From the IMG/VR virus record IMGVR_UViG_3300022916_000005: 64,000 nt of DNA; one strand, written 5' to 3'. This document shows positions 28,399 through 37,639 of the stretch, piece by piece. The notes under the pieces were generated by a model. The model saw only the letters and a list, made by a program, of their open reading frames with translations. It made no database searches and had not been told where the DNA came from. The DNA is from a virus. How positions within the stretch are numbered: position 1 is the stretch's first letter; the number at the start of each line of letters is the position of its first letter. A program made the translations under genes and the position numbers.

Positions 28399-29383
28399 AA
28401 AGAAAAGAATTATCGTTTGGGATACAACTATGGCATTTTTAAAGTCATATATTGTGGTACCAAATATCAGTTCAACGACAGGACATCCAATTGGGGGAAT
28501 TGTAGGGACATTGAAGTCGTTACAATTCCTTTGTGACAAGGTTAAGCCAGATATGATAGTAGCTGTCTATGACGGCCCAGGAGGGTCAAAGAAGCGTCGT
28601 ACTATCATGAAGGAGTACAAGGAGGGTAGAAAACCCATTCGTCGAAATTATGAGACAGAGGGGATGTCAGAGGAAGACCTTAGAGAGAACAAGTATTGGC
28701 AGATGGACAGATTTGTAGAGTTTTTATCACACCTTCCAATCCATCAATTTATGTTCCCGGAGACCGAAGCAGATGATGTTATTTCGTACATTTCATCCTT
28801 GACAAGTCTGGAAGAATATGGTAAGATTATTGTGTCCTCGGATAAGGATTTCATGCAACTTTGCAATGGTTCAACATTGTTGATGAGACCTACTCAAAAT
28901 GAACTATTAAATGTAGGGAACATAATTGAGCAGTATAAGGTACATCCAAGGAATATGGCATTGGCCAGGGCAATCATTGGTGATGCATCAGATAATTTAC
29001 ATGGAGTTCGTGGTGTTGGTTTTAAGACTTTGACAAAGAAGGTTCCATTTCTTCATGAAGATCGTGATATCTATATGAGCGATATTTACGATTACTGTTC
29101 TGACATGATTGACAAAGAAGAGAGCAAATTAAAGATCTATAACGATATCCTTGAAGGTAAAGACATCATTGAAAGAAACTATAAGATGATGCAGCTATCA
29201 TCTCCAATGATGACTATTAATGACAAGGACAAAGTAAGACTTACTCTCGAAGAGCAAAAGATGGAACTTCACGAACAAAAGTTTCAAAGGATGATGGGAG
29301 AAGATGGATTCATGGACTTGAATCTTGTAGGGTTATTTAAACACATGAGACGAATTGTAAGAGATTCGCAATTGGAGGATTGA
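28388..29383 (+). CDS. 5'-3' exonuclease / RNase H (T4 rnh / PolA 5'-nuclease-like)
   Basis: VYDGPGGS..RR....EYKEGR, EADDVI, SSDKDFMQL and IGDASDNLHGVRGVG.KT (H3TH). Confidence 0.93.
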   Translation: MTIRKKRIIVWDTTMAFLKSYIVVPNISSTTGHPIGGIVGTLKSLQFLCDKVKPDMIVAVYDGPGGSKKRRTIMKEYKEGRKPIRRNYETEGMSEEDLRENKYWQMDRFVEFLSHLPIHQFMFPETEADDVISYISSLTSLEEYGKIIVSSDKDFMQLCNGSTLLMRPTQNELLNVGNIIEQYKVHPRNMALARAIIGDASDNLHGVRGVGFKTLTKKVPFLHEDRDIYMSDIYDYCSDMIDKEESKLKIYNDILEGKDIIERNYKMMQLSSPMMTINDKDKVRLTLEEQKMELHEQKFQRMMGEDGFMDLNLVGLFKHMRRIVRDSQLED

Positions 29384-29384
29384 G

Positions 29385-29591
29385 ATGGCAAATCGATGGG
29401 AAGTGAATGACAATGGAGTAATCACAGTAACAACTTGTAGTAAGTGCCCCTTGAGAGATAGGGTGCAAGATTTTTGTGGAGTAAGCAAGACAGCCATTAA
29501 TGCGGCAAGATACTTTAAGAATGATATTCCAGAAGAATGTCCTTTGAAGAAGAGGATGTCAATCCAAGTTGTTGTTGGAGATAGAACCTGA
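29385..29591 (+). CDS. Small Cys-rich hypothetical protein
   Basis: CSKCP...C...IPEECPL, with an RBS present. Confidence 0.6.
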   Translation: MANRWEVNDNGVITVTTCSKCPLRDRVQDFCGVSKTAINAARYFKNDIPEECPLKKRMSIQVVVGDRT

Positions 29592-29887
29592 TGTCTTATG
29601 TAATTCTTGAAAGAAAAGATAAAATGGTGGCAAAGTCTGATGATGATAAACCTCCAATTATGACTGAAATCAAGAAGAATGTGATTGTAGAGATTGCAAT
29701 CTTCAATAAGAAAGAAAAGATCCCAGAACGAGTTTGGGGCAAGGTTACATACAGAAAGGGAGATCAGTTAAAAGTAGCAATTGATGATACCTTATTTCAA
29801 CCAGATCTGTATGGCCTAAAGGCAGGGGATAAGTTAGATTTGACAAAGAAGCAAGTAATTAACATTTGGAGGAAAAATAATGGCTGA
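29591..29887 (+). CDS. Hypothetical protein
   Basis: 98-aa ORF coupled to its neighbours. Confidence 0.6.
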   Translation: MSYVILERKDKMVAKSDDDKPPIMTEIKKNVIVEIAIFNKKEKIPERVWGKVTYRKGDQLKVAIDDTLFQPDLYGLKAGDKLDLTKKQVINIWRKNNG

Positions 29888-30134
29888 TAAGAAACTAAGG
29901 GAAGCAAGATATCTTGAAGTTGTGATTGGAGAACATAGTTTTATTGACACAAAGGATCGACAAGAGTATCGTATTCTTGAGATTAAGTTGCCAATGAGAG
30001 AAGTTGCTCAGTCTATGGGTAGTCGTGGTGCAGACTATGCCTACGAAGAGCTTGGGGAAAAGATTAAGCAGGAATTTATCAAGGCAATGAGGCTTAAGCT
30101 TAGAGAAGAAACTCAGAAACGAAAAGTACGATAA
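29880..30134 (+). CDS. Hypothetical protein
   Basis: 84-aa ORF with a GGAGG RBS. Confidence 0.65.
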   Translation: MADKKLREARYLEVVIGEHSFIDTKDRQEYRILEIKLPMREVAQSMGSRGADYAYEELGEKIKQEFIKAMRLKLREETQKRKVR

Positions 30135-30156
30135 ACAAACAAAAGGAGAAAATAAA

Positions 30157-30699
30157 ATGAACATTACAGACATGCAGACAATGATGAATATGTGTAAGAA
30201 GCTTAACATTTGCTTTAAATATACATACGGAGACCGAGGAATTACTATTGACACTGATGATTTTACGCGAGAGGTATCTTTTTACTTTGATGAGGAAGAA
30301 AAGTTTGTCAATGCTTATTCTTGTTCGGCAGAGGATGAGGATGAAGTTGAAGGTCTTTGGCCTGGACTTTGGGACGATAGTGATATTGACGACGATGAAG
30401 ATGAGTACGACGATGACGAGTTTGATGACGAGTCAGAACCTGTTCATGGTGAAGATTTGGAAGTCCGTGAAGGTGGGTTTGTAGTCCGTGTCAAGCTCAT
30501 TTCTGTTAAAGACAGTGAAAATGATCGTACATTTATCGTTGTTGATGAATTTGCTGACACTACAAATCAGGCCATCACTAATGCCAAGGTTGAATTTCAT
30601 GAGGTAGCAGATGCAACGTCCTCCATCATGTTGGTTGAAGCCTTTACAAAGAAGGGTTGGGAATGGGCCAAAGACAATACTAATGGATATAACTGGTAA
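30157..30699 (+). CDS. Acidic two-domain hypothetical protein (paralog of 30734)
   Basis: AAGGAG RBS, D/E-rich linker, C-terminal GFV.R...VE..T...WEW. Confidence 0.75.
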   Translation: MNITDMQTMMNMCKKLNICFKYTYGDRGITIDTDDFTREVSFYFDEEEKFVNAYSCSAEDEDEVEGLWPGLWDDSDIDDDEDEYDDDEFDDESEPVHGEDLEVREGGFVVRVKLISVKDSENDRTFIVVDEFADTTNQAITNAKVEFHEVADATSSIMLVEAFTKKGWEWAKDNTNGYNW

Positions 30700-30733
30700 G
30701 ATCAAATAACTATAACAACAAAAGGAGAAAAAA

Positions 30734-31297
30734 ATGAATGATCTAAAAACGGCTAAGGATATGTTTGACAATTATGGTGCCCCTTCTGGACTATTTCGGA
30801 ATGGGCCATACGATAAGACTCTTCGTGTGGAGAGCGATGAGGGAGATATTGTTCTTTTTACTTTCGATGATGATGGTGTACTAATTGAACTTAATGTCGA
30901 AAAGCAGATTGAAGAAAATGAAATCGAAGAAGATGATGTCAATGAAGATCTTGAACCAGAAGGTAGTTGGTCATACGAACAAGATGCTTCAGGCAGAGAT
31001 GTCAATGGAGGATTGCATCAAGACGTTATCAACGTTCCTTATGCGCAAGTGACAACTCACAGTGATCCGGTAACACCAAGAGGGTTTGTCTGTCGTGGAC
31101 GATTCGCAACTGGGGGAGATGATACTTGGGTTTCTTCGAATACTCTATTTGACACCGTGCGTCCAACAAAAGAGCTTGCATATGAATATGCAATTGCAAC
31201 ATTTAAAGTACAGGCAGAAGTAATGCACACTACTCTACTGACCGTAGAGGTCCATACATCATCCGAATGGGAATGGATTAACAAGCATCGGGTATAA
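30734..31297 (+). CDS. Acidic two-domain hypothetical protein (paralog of 30157)
   Basis: AAGGAG RBS and the same domain layout. Confidence 0.75.
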   Translation: MNDLKTAKDMFDNYGAPSGLFRNGPYDKTLRVESDEGDIVLFTFDDDGVLIELNVEKQIEENEIEEDDVNEDLEPEGSWSYEQDASGRDVNGGLHQDVINVPYAQVTTHSDPVTPRGFVCRGRFATGGDDTWVSSNTLFDTVRPTKELAYEYAIATFKVQAEVMHTTLLTVEVHTSSEWEWINKHRV

Positions 31298-31299
31298 TC

Positions 31300-31593
31300 A
31301 TGACAACTCTCGAAGAGCCAAGCCGTAAGTTCAAATTTGCAAAAGGTGCAGCAAGATTCCCGATTTTGGAAGAATACCCAGACGATTGGGATCGTGATCA
31401 GTTATTTCTTTTCATGAAAGAAGAAAAGGCCCCAATTGATGGAAGTCCTTCTGCAAATCTTGACTTGAAACTATTTTACAGTATGGAAGCTCTTCGAGAG
31501 TTTATGTCATACAGACAGTATGAAGAGTTCAAAAAGTTTATGATCGCGAAGAGAACAAGTAAGAAGAAATTAGACGAATTTTACAAGAATTAA
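31300..31593 (+). CDS. Hypothetical protein
   Basis: 97-aa ORF in the operon. Confidence 0.65.
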   Translation: MTTLEEPSRKFKFAKGAARFPILEEYPDDWDRDQLFLFMKEEKAPIDGSPSANLDLKLFYSMEALREFMSYRQYEEFKKFMIAKRTSKKKLDEFYKN

Positions 31594-31603
31594 GGAGACA
31601 ATA

Positions 31604-32029
31604 ATGCAACTAACACGTAATTTTTCAATGCATGAATTTGATTGCAAAGATGGAACAAAGGTAATCACAGAAGGACGAGACATCAAAGCAGAGATCCGAA
31701 CATTGGCATTGACCTTACAATTCATTCGAGATGAATGGGGTGGAGGATTGACAGTACTTAGTGGGTTTCGTACCTTAACCTATAATACGAGTGTAGGAGG
31801 GGAAACGACAAGTCAGCATGTTCGGGCAAGAGCGGCAGACATTCGTCCTAACGATTGGACAGAGGATACTACCCTCGAAGAGAAGCAAGAAGACTTGAAC
31901 AGACTGTATGATACGATCAACGTCATGCAGACAAATGGAGACATTTTGAAGGGTGGATTATCTGTCTATCTTGATGAGCATAATCTGTTTGTTCATGTGG
32001 ATACAAGAGGCAAAGAGGCTCGCTGGTAA
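31604..32029 (+). CDS. Peptidase M15A family (endolysin / D,D-peptidase candidate)
   Basis: NFSMHEFDCKDG, SGFR...N..VGG..SQH....AADI and FVHVDTRG Zn-binding motifs. Confidence 0.9.
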   Translation: MQLTRNFSMHEFDCKDGTKVITEGRDIKAEIRTLALTLQFIRDEWGGGLTVLSGFRTLTYNTSVGGETTSQHVRARAADIRPNDWTEDTTLEEKQEDLNRLYDTINVMQTNGDILKGGLSVYLDEHNLFVHVDTRGKEARW

Positions 32030-32032
32030 TTT

Positions 32033-32869
32033 ATGAGCGAGTATAAAGAAGTTAAAGTATTAGATAAGGGATTTGTGCAGCTAATTGACACGATGGGGGA
32101 TGATCGCTCCATCTGTCAATCTGCACGAGTTTCCTACAGCGGAGGGAAGTTGAAAAACAAATCTTCGGACGAAAAGCTTATTCGATACTTAATGAGAAAT
32201 TCTCATTGGTCTCCTTTCGAAATGTGTCAAATAAAGTTGCACATGAAGATGCCGATTTTTGTTGCAAGACAATTTTATACTTATCGGGCAAGTTCTCGAA
32301 ACGAAATCTCTGGGAGATATTCAAAATTGGAAAGCAACTTTTTCATTCCCGAAGAGAGTCGTATTTTTGGGCAAGGAGTTTTAAATAAACAAGGTAGCGA
32401 GAAACCCCTTGAGGAAGAAATTCAAAAGCAAAGTGTTGAATTAATACAAAAAAGCGTTAACGATTCGGCAAAAGCGTACGAAGCTTTATTGGAAAGCGGA
32501 GTTTCAAGAGAGATTTCGAGAGTGGTACTCCCGACCTCTATTTATACAGAATTCTATTGGAGCATGAATCTTCGTAATATATTCAATTTTTTGAGTCAAA
32601 GACTTGACGAACATGCCCAAATTGAAATTCGAGAGTATGCAAAAGTAATTTACGAAATTGTTAAAGAATGGGTTCCAATTGCTTTGAGTGCGTTTGAAGA
32701 TTATAATCTAAATGCAACTACTTTCTCTGCACAAGAAATTGAGATTTTGAGAAGCGTGTTACAGTCACACATCATGGCAGAAACATTCAGTTCTGCCATC
32801 AATAAAGAAAATAACTTAAAAGGTTCTGAAAAAGTTGAATTTTTGAAAAAAATAAACAAAATGGTGTAA
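32033..32869 (+). CDS. thyX: Flavin-dependent thymidylate synthase ThyX (variant signature)
   Basis: ARVSY, HWSPFE, PIFVARQ, NEISGRY, REISRVVLP, NLRN and HAQIEIR. Confidence 0.9.
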   Translation: MSEYKEVKVLDKGFVQLIDTMGDDRSICQSARVSYSGGKLKNKSSDEKLIRYLMRNSHWSPFEMCQIKLHMKMPIFVARQFYTYRASSRNEISGRYSKLESNFFIPEESRIFGQGVLNKQGSEKPLEEEIQKQSVELIQKSVNDSAKAYEALLESGVSREISRVVLPTSIYTEFYWSMNLRNIFNFLSQRLDEHAQIEIREYAKVIYEIVKEWVPIALSAFEDYNLNATTFSAQEIEILRSVLQSHIMAETFSSAINKENNLKGSEKVEFLKKINKMV

Positions 32870-32917
32870 AGATTCCCATCTTCGTTACTACTTAATGGTA
32901 TAAGGGAGGAAGAGAAA

Positions 32918-33958
32918 ATGGAATATTATGTTTATTTATTGATCGACCCAAGAGACGAAACTGTATTTTACGTTGGGAAGGGAAGCGGAAATAGAATGAG
33001 GCACCATATCAATGCTGTGAAGAGAGGACAGTACCCAAACGGGACAAATGCTAAACTATATTCAAAAATTAAGAAAATATTAAATGAAGGATATGAGGAT
33101 GTTGAATATAAAAAGGAGTTTGAATGTTTGGATGAACAGACCGTGTATGACAGAGAAAAGGAAGAGATTGAAAAATATGGGTTAGGGAATTTGTGTAACC
33201 TCGAAGGTGGTGGAGGAAAAGCATATGAAGTTTCTAAAGAAACAAGAGAGAAATTAAGTCAAGCAACCAAAAATTACTACAAAAATCATCCAAATGAAAA
33301 GAGAAATCGAGATCCCCTCAAAGAGGATGAATGCAGGAAAAAAATTAGTGAATCATTAAAGAAGCATTACAAAGAACATCCAGAAGCAATCGAAAATCTT
33401 AGGAAGAAAGCAACAGGTAGACGACACAGCGAAGAGACGAAAGAAAAGATTTCAAAAAACTCAAGAAGGCCAGAAAATATAAAGATTTCTAGTGAAAATT
33501 TGAAAAAAGCTCGGGCAACTCCACAGACAAAGGAGCAAAGGGAACGAGCAACAGAGACGAAGAGAAATAACGGAAAACCCTGGCATTCGGAAGCGACTCT
33601 CGAAAAACTTAGAAAGCCCAGAAGCGAAGAGTTTAGAGAAAGTTGTCGAGGGAAAAACAATCACTTTTTTGGAAAAAAACATACAAAAGAAACTACAGAC
33701 AAAGCATCAGAAAAATTAAAGTTAGTTTATTATGTTCTAGATCCTTTGGGGAATTTGTATACGATTATAGGGACAAAAGGAATGAGAGATTTTTTTTACG
33801 GAGATGATGGAATAAACAAGAACGTAAAGAGTTGGAAAGATAAAGTTAATTTACAAGAGATAAAAAGAGTTGGAAATTATAAGGGTTGGGTAATTGAAAA
33901 AAAGATAAGCCTTTATGAACACAACTTGTTAACAAAAGGACAATATGACACATTTTGA
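32918..33958 (+). mobile_element. Free-standing GIY-YIG homing endonuclease with NUMOD3-like repeats
   Basis: YYVYLLIDPR..VFYVGKG...R catalytic N-terminus, repeated HSEETKEKIS-like motifs and NHFFGKKHTKET. Confidence 0.85.
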
Positions 33959-34124
33959 GCAATTTATCGATATGCTAGAATGGGCAGAAATTAAATATAC
34001 AACAACTACAAGATATGATTCTGTTTATGTTGTGTTTACAAAGGCAGATGCAGAGGCGTGTTTTACATTTGATGGTGATGGTAATTTAAATTATGTAGAT
34101 ACAGAATCATTAGTAGAAGACTAA
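33945..34124 (+). CDS. Small hypothetical protein (59 aa, not in ORF track)
   Basis: AAGGA RBS. MTHFEQFIDML...CFTFDGDGNL resembles the N-domains of 30157 and 30734. Confidence 0.55.
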   Translation: MTHFEQFIDMLEWAEIKYTTTTRYDSVYVVFTKADAEACFTFDGDGNLNYVDTESLVED

Positions 34125-34145
34125 CATTAATAAGGAAAAACATAT

Positions 34146-36095
34146 ATGACAAATAATGAAACATTTTCAAGATTTGGGAAGGGCTTTCAAGAGAATGTAG
34201 TACACTTGCTGTTACTTGACAGGGCCTTTGCGGATCAATTTGGGGAGTTGTTAGAGTATAGTTTTTTTGAGTATGAATATCTAAGAACATTTATTCATCT
34301 CATTTTTGACTATCGACATAAATACAAGACTCACCCAACATATAAAATTATTGAAGTTCTATTGAGAACAGAGTTGGATAAAGAAATTGAACTTGTTCAA
34401 GAACAGGTTAGGGGATTCTATGCCAAAATTAAGTTATCTGTAGAGATTGAGGGGGCAGAATATACAAAAGAGAAAGCTATTGACTTTGCCAAGGGGCAGA
34501 AGTTAAAGGCAGCTATTTTACAATCTGTTCCGTTGATTGAAGAGGCCAATGAGGCATCGTATGATAAGATTAAGAAGATTGTTAATGATGCTCTAAAGTT
34601 AGGTGTCGATAACAATCTGGGTCAAGATCTCATCATCGATTTCGAGAAGAGATACGAAGATAAGATGAGAAAAGAGATCCCTACTGGTTGGGAAGAAGTT
34701 GACAAGATTACTCAAGGTGGCCTTGGTAAGGGCGAAATGGGAGTGGTAATTTCGACCAGTGGGGGCGGAAAATGTCAATTTTACGATACAAATGTTGACA
34801 TTAAATGGAACAATACCAACAAGTTAGAAACAATCCAAATTGGTGAATTATTCAAAAAACTTGATATCAAAATTGAAGAAGATAATACAATTAAGAATGA
34901 CTTTGTCGATATTAGTGTAAGAACTCTCAATGGATATCGAAAGATTGAAGCGTTTTATAATTCTCCAAAATTAGCAAGTAGAGAGATCTTTCTTGAAAAT
35001 GGTATGAGTTTGAGAGGATCGTATGAACATCGAGTAATGTGTAAACTTAAAATTAACTTAAGAAAAGGTTTAGTTGCAAAAGATCAAGGAGGATATGTTC
35101 ACGTCCGAGCGGAAGATTTGACAATGGAAGATATCGCTTGTTCAGAAACTTTGACTACATATAATTACGTTCATATGAAGAATTTAAGTGTCGGGAGTCT
35201 TGTTGAAACAATTTCTGGCCTTTCGAGAATAAAAGAAATAAAAGATCACGAAGAAGAACACATCCTGTACGACTTTCAGGTAGAAGAAGTACATTGCTTA
35301 TATACTAATGGCATTTTAAGTCATAACTCAATGGCGATGGTTCACTTGGCCGCAACAGCACTTCAAGATGGGAAGAATGTAATTTATTATACATTAGAAT
35401 TGTCAGAGGAAGTTGTCGATTTGAGATTCGACAGTTTTTTTTCAGGAGTTCCTCTTAACGATTTGAAGACATTTAAGGATCTTGTATTTGAGGAGGTAAA
35501 AAAGAAATATAAGGGAAAGTTGCTGACAAAATATTACCCTCCAATGAGTGCAACTCTTAATACTTTACGTAATCATCTTGAAAAGGTTAAGCAAAGAGGA
35601 GTTAAAATTGATTTAATTATTGTAGATTATGCAGATCGAATCAAGCCAATGGGGAATAGAAATGGTGGAGAGAAAAGACACGAACTAGAAGAGATTTATG
35701 AAGAGTTGCGAGGTATTGCAGGGGAGAACGAGTGTACTCTTTATACCTGTTCACAGACAAATCGTGGAGGATTAAATGCCGAAGTCATTACAATGGACAG
35801 TATTAGCGAGGCATATAACAAGTGTTTCCCTGCCGACTTGATTGTCACTATTTCAAGAACTATTGAAGACAGAGCATCAAATAGTGGGAAGATGTTCATT
35901 GCAAAGAACAGATTTGGTGTTGATTCGATTGTCTACGATATGGAAATTGATACATCTCTTGTCAAATTGAAGGTTCTTGATAAGATTGATAAGTCAATTA
36001 AAGACATCAACAAGAAGAGCGAAGAAGAAGAAAAAGTAGCTTTGCTAGAGAAGTATAGAAAATTCAAAGAAGGAAGAGCAAAGAATGGCAGTTAA
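34146..36095 (+). CDS. dnaB: Replicative DNA helicase (DnaB/gp41-like), intein-containing
   Basis: IPTGW..VD.ITQGGL, Walker A GGGK|S, YYTLEL, IIVDYAD, SQTNR and KNRFG. Confidence 0.92.
   Translation: MTNNETFSRFGKGFQENVVHLLLLDRAFADQFGELLEYSFFEYEYLRTFIHLIFDYRHKYKTHPTYKIIEVLLRTELDKEIELVQEQVRGFYAKIKLSVEIEGAEYTKEKAIDFAKGQKLKAAILQSVPLIEEANEASYDKIKKIVNDALKLGVDNNLGQDLIIDFEKRYEDKMRKEIPTGWEEVDKITQGGLGKGEMGVVISTSGGGKCQFYDTNVDIKWNNTNKLETIQIGELFKKLDIKIEEDNTIKNDFVDISVRTLNGYRKIEAFYNSPKLASREIFLENGMSLRGSYEHRVMCKLKINLRKGLVAKDQGGYVHVRAEDLTMEDIACSETLTTYNYVHMKNLSVGSLVETISGLSRIKEIKDHEEEHILYDFQVEEVHCLYTNGILSHNSMAMVHLAATALQDGKNVIYYTLELSEEVVDLRFDSFFSGVPLNDLKTFKDLVFEEVKKKYKGKLLTKYYPPMSATLNTLRNHLEKVKQRGVKIDLIIVDYADRIKPMGNRNGGEKRHELEEIYEELRGIAGENECTLYTCSQTNRGGLNAEVITMDSISEAYNKCFPADLIVTISRTIEDRASNSGKMFIAKNRFGVDSIVYDMEIDTSLVKLKVLDKIDKSIKDINKKSEEEEKVALLEKYRKFKEGRAKNGS
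34773..35327 (+). mobile_element. Mini-intein (185 aa, no endonuclease) in helicase Walker A
   Basis: Starts with C (CQFYDT), has a block B-like GSYEHRV, and ends YDFQVEEVHCLYTNGILSHN followed by S. Removal restores GGGKS. Confidence 0.92.
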
Positions 36096-36438
36096 TTTCA
36101 AAGTAGGTGATATTGTCAAATTTGAAAAGATATTGGATGCATATGAAAAAGTTGTAAGTGATATGTCTCGTCAACTTGCAGAAGAAATTGATAAGATGAT
36201 TCTTGAAGATTTGCTTAGAATGTCTGGAGTAGACGAAACATTCTTAAATGACGAAAAGTTTACTACAGTAGAAGAAAAAGAGGAGACCCCTGACAACGTA
36301 GTCAAACAATATCAATATGGGATTATTGTAAAGATAAAGGAAGAATGGTATTGTGAAGTTAGAGTATTTGGTGAAAAGAAAATTGAGAATATTAGATTTG
36401 ATGAATTAACAAAAGCCAAGTGGATAAATTCTCCTTGA
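36085..36438 (+). CDS. SH3/KOW-like protein with inserted capsid-like helix
   Basis: FKVGDIVKF...YGIIVKI...EVRVFG, with the insert VSDMSRQLAEEIDKMILEDL. Confidence 0.7.
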   Translation: MAVNFKVGDIVKFEKILDAYEKVVSDMSRQLAEEIDKMILEDLLRMSGVDETFLNDEKFTTVEEKEETPDNVVKQYQYGIIVKIKEEWYCEVRVFGEKKIENIRFDELTKAKWINSP

Positions 36439-36463
36439 CCTTTTGTTATAAATATATTATAAT
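36435..36463 (+). promoter_or_regulatory. Sigma70-type early promoter heading small-ORF array 2
   Basis: TTGACC-17 nt-TATAAT. The ATG follows at 36470, so the mRNA may be leaderless. Confidence 0.75.
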
Positions 36464-36469
36464 GTATGT

Positions 36470-37639
36470 ATGGAAAACAAATATCTATTAAAGACTGGAG
36501 ATTTTATTGTCATAAGTGGGTATGATCAGTATGAAGATGAAAACCCACATTTGCAATACGGAATTGTGGTAGATAGGGAATGCGATCTTTTGAGAGTTAG
36601 GATTCTCGGGGAAAGTCGAGTGAAGAATATATATCTTGCGTTTCACAATTTTGAATATTGGAACATCTTGGAGGATAAGGATGATTGACAAACCAAAGAT
36701 CGGAGATTTTATTGTTGCAGAATACAATTCTTTAAAATGGTATGGAATTATCACAGAGATAAGTAATACCAATGATTGGCATCATGTAAATTATTGTTGT
36801 AAACGTATTGGGAGTAAGAAAATATATAATTTGGGATGTAGAGAAAGTCTTTCATATTGGAACATCTTGGAGGACAAATGAGATCACTGTATAATGTAGG
36901 AGATTTTGTTAAGAGAGTTTCAACTTCGTCCTATTGGTCTTGGCACGGAGTCATAGTTGAGAAATATAGCTCAGAGTATTATGGGACTACTTACAAAGTA
37001 AGACAGCTCTTCCCATCAAATACAGAGATAGTTGTTTCAGACACTTATAATATGACGATTTGGTTTGACACAAAAGGAGAGCAAAATGATTAAAAGAGAA
37101 TTAGAAGAAGCAATTAAACATATTGCAAATTATATTGAGAGTGAAGATTTGATATGGGACGAACAAGAGTTAGAAAATCTTACAAAATATAGAATCGAGA
37201 TCGAAACATTTGAAGAGAAGAAGTATGTAGTAATGGTAACATACCTAAACGATCAGTTATCAAGTTTAACAATCTCTGACAACAGAGGGGAAAGGATTAT
37301 TCATCAACCCACGTTTACCTTGGATGATGGGAACTTTATTCAAGACAGATTTGAAATTAAGACCAGAAATAAAAGACACCTTGCCTTTCTGGCATTCAAT
37401 GATGAAATGAAAGAATTGGCAAAATTATCATGAATAGGGGCGATTTTGTTATTGCTTACAGCGAATCTGTCGGATACGCTAAACAGTTTTATGGAATAAA
37501 CACTACAGAACAAAATGGGGCTTTACGCCATCAAGTGATGTACTGTAGAGTGTGGGACTTAAAAGGCAGAATCCACAGATATATTCTACGTAAAGAAGTT
37601 AAGGTTTTGATTAAATATGAAAAGGGAGAAAATATATGA
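36470..37639 (+). other. Array 2 of small ORFs (36470, 36681, 36878, 37430 SH3-like; 37086 unrelated)
   Basis: KTGDFIV, KIGDFIV, NVGDFVK and NRGDFVI starts with (Y/H)G(I/V) motifs. Confidence 0.7.
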
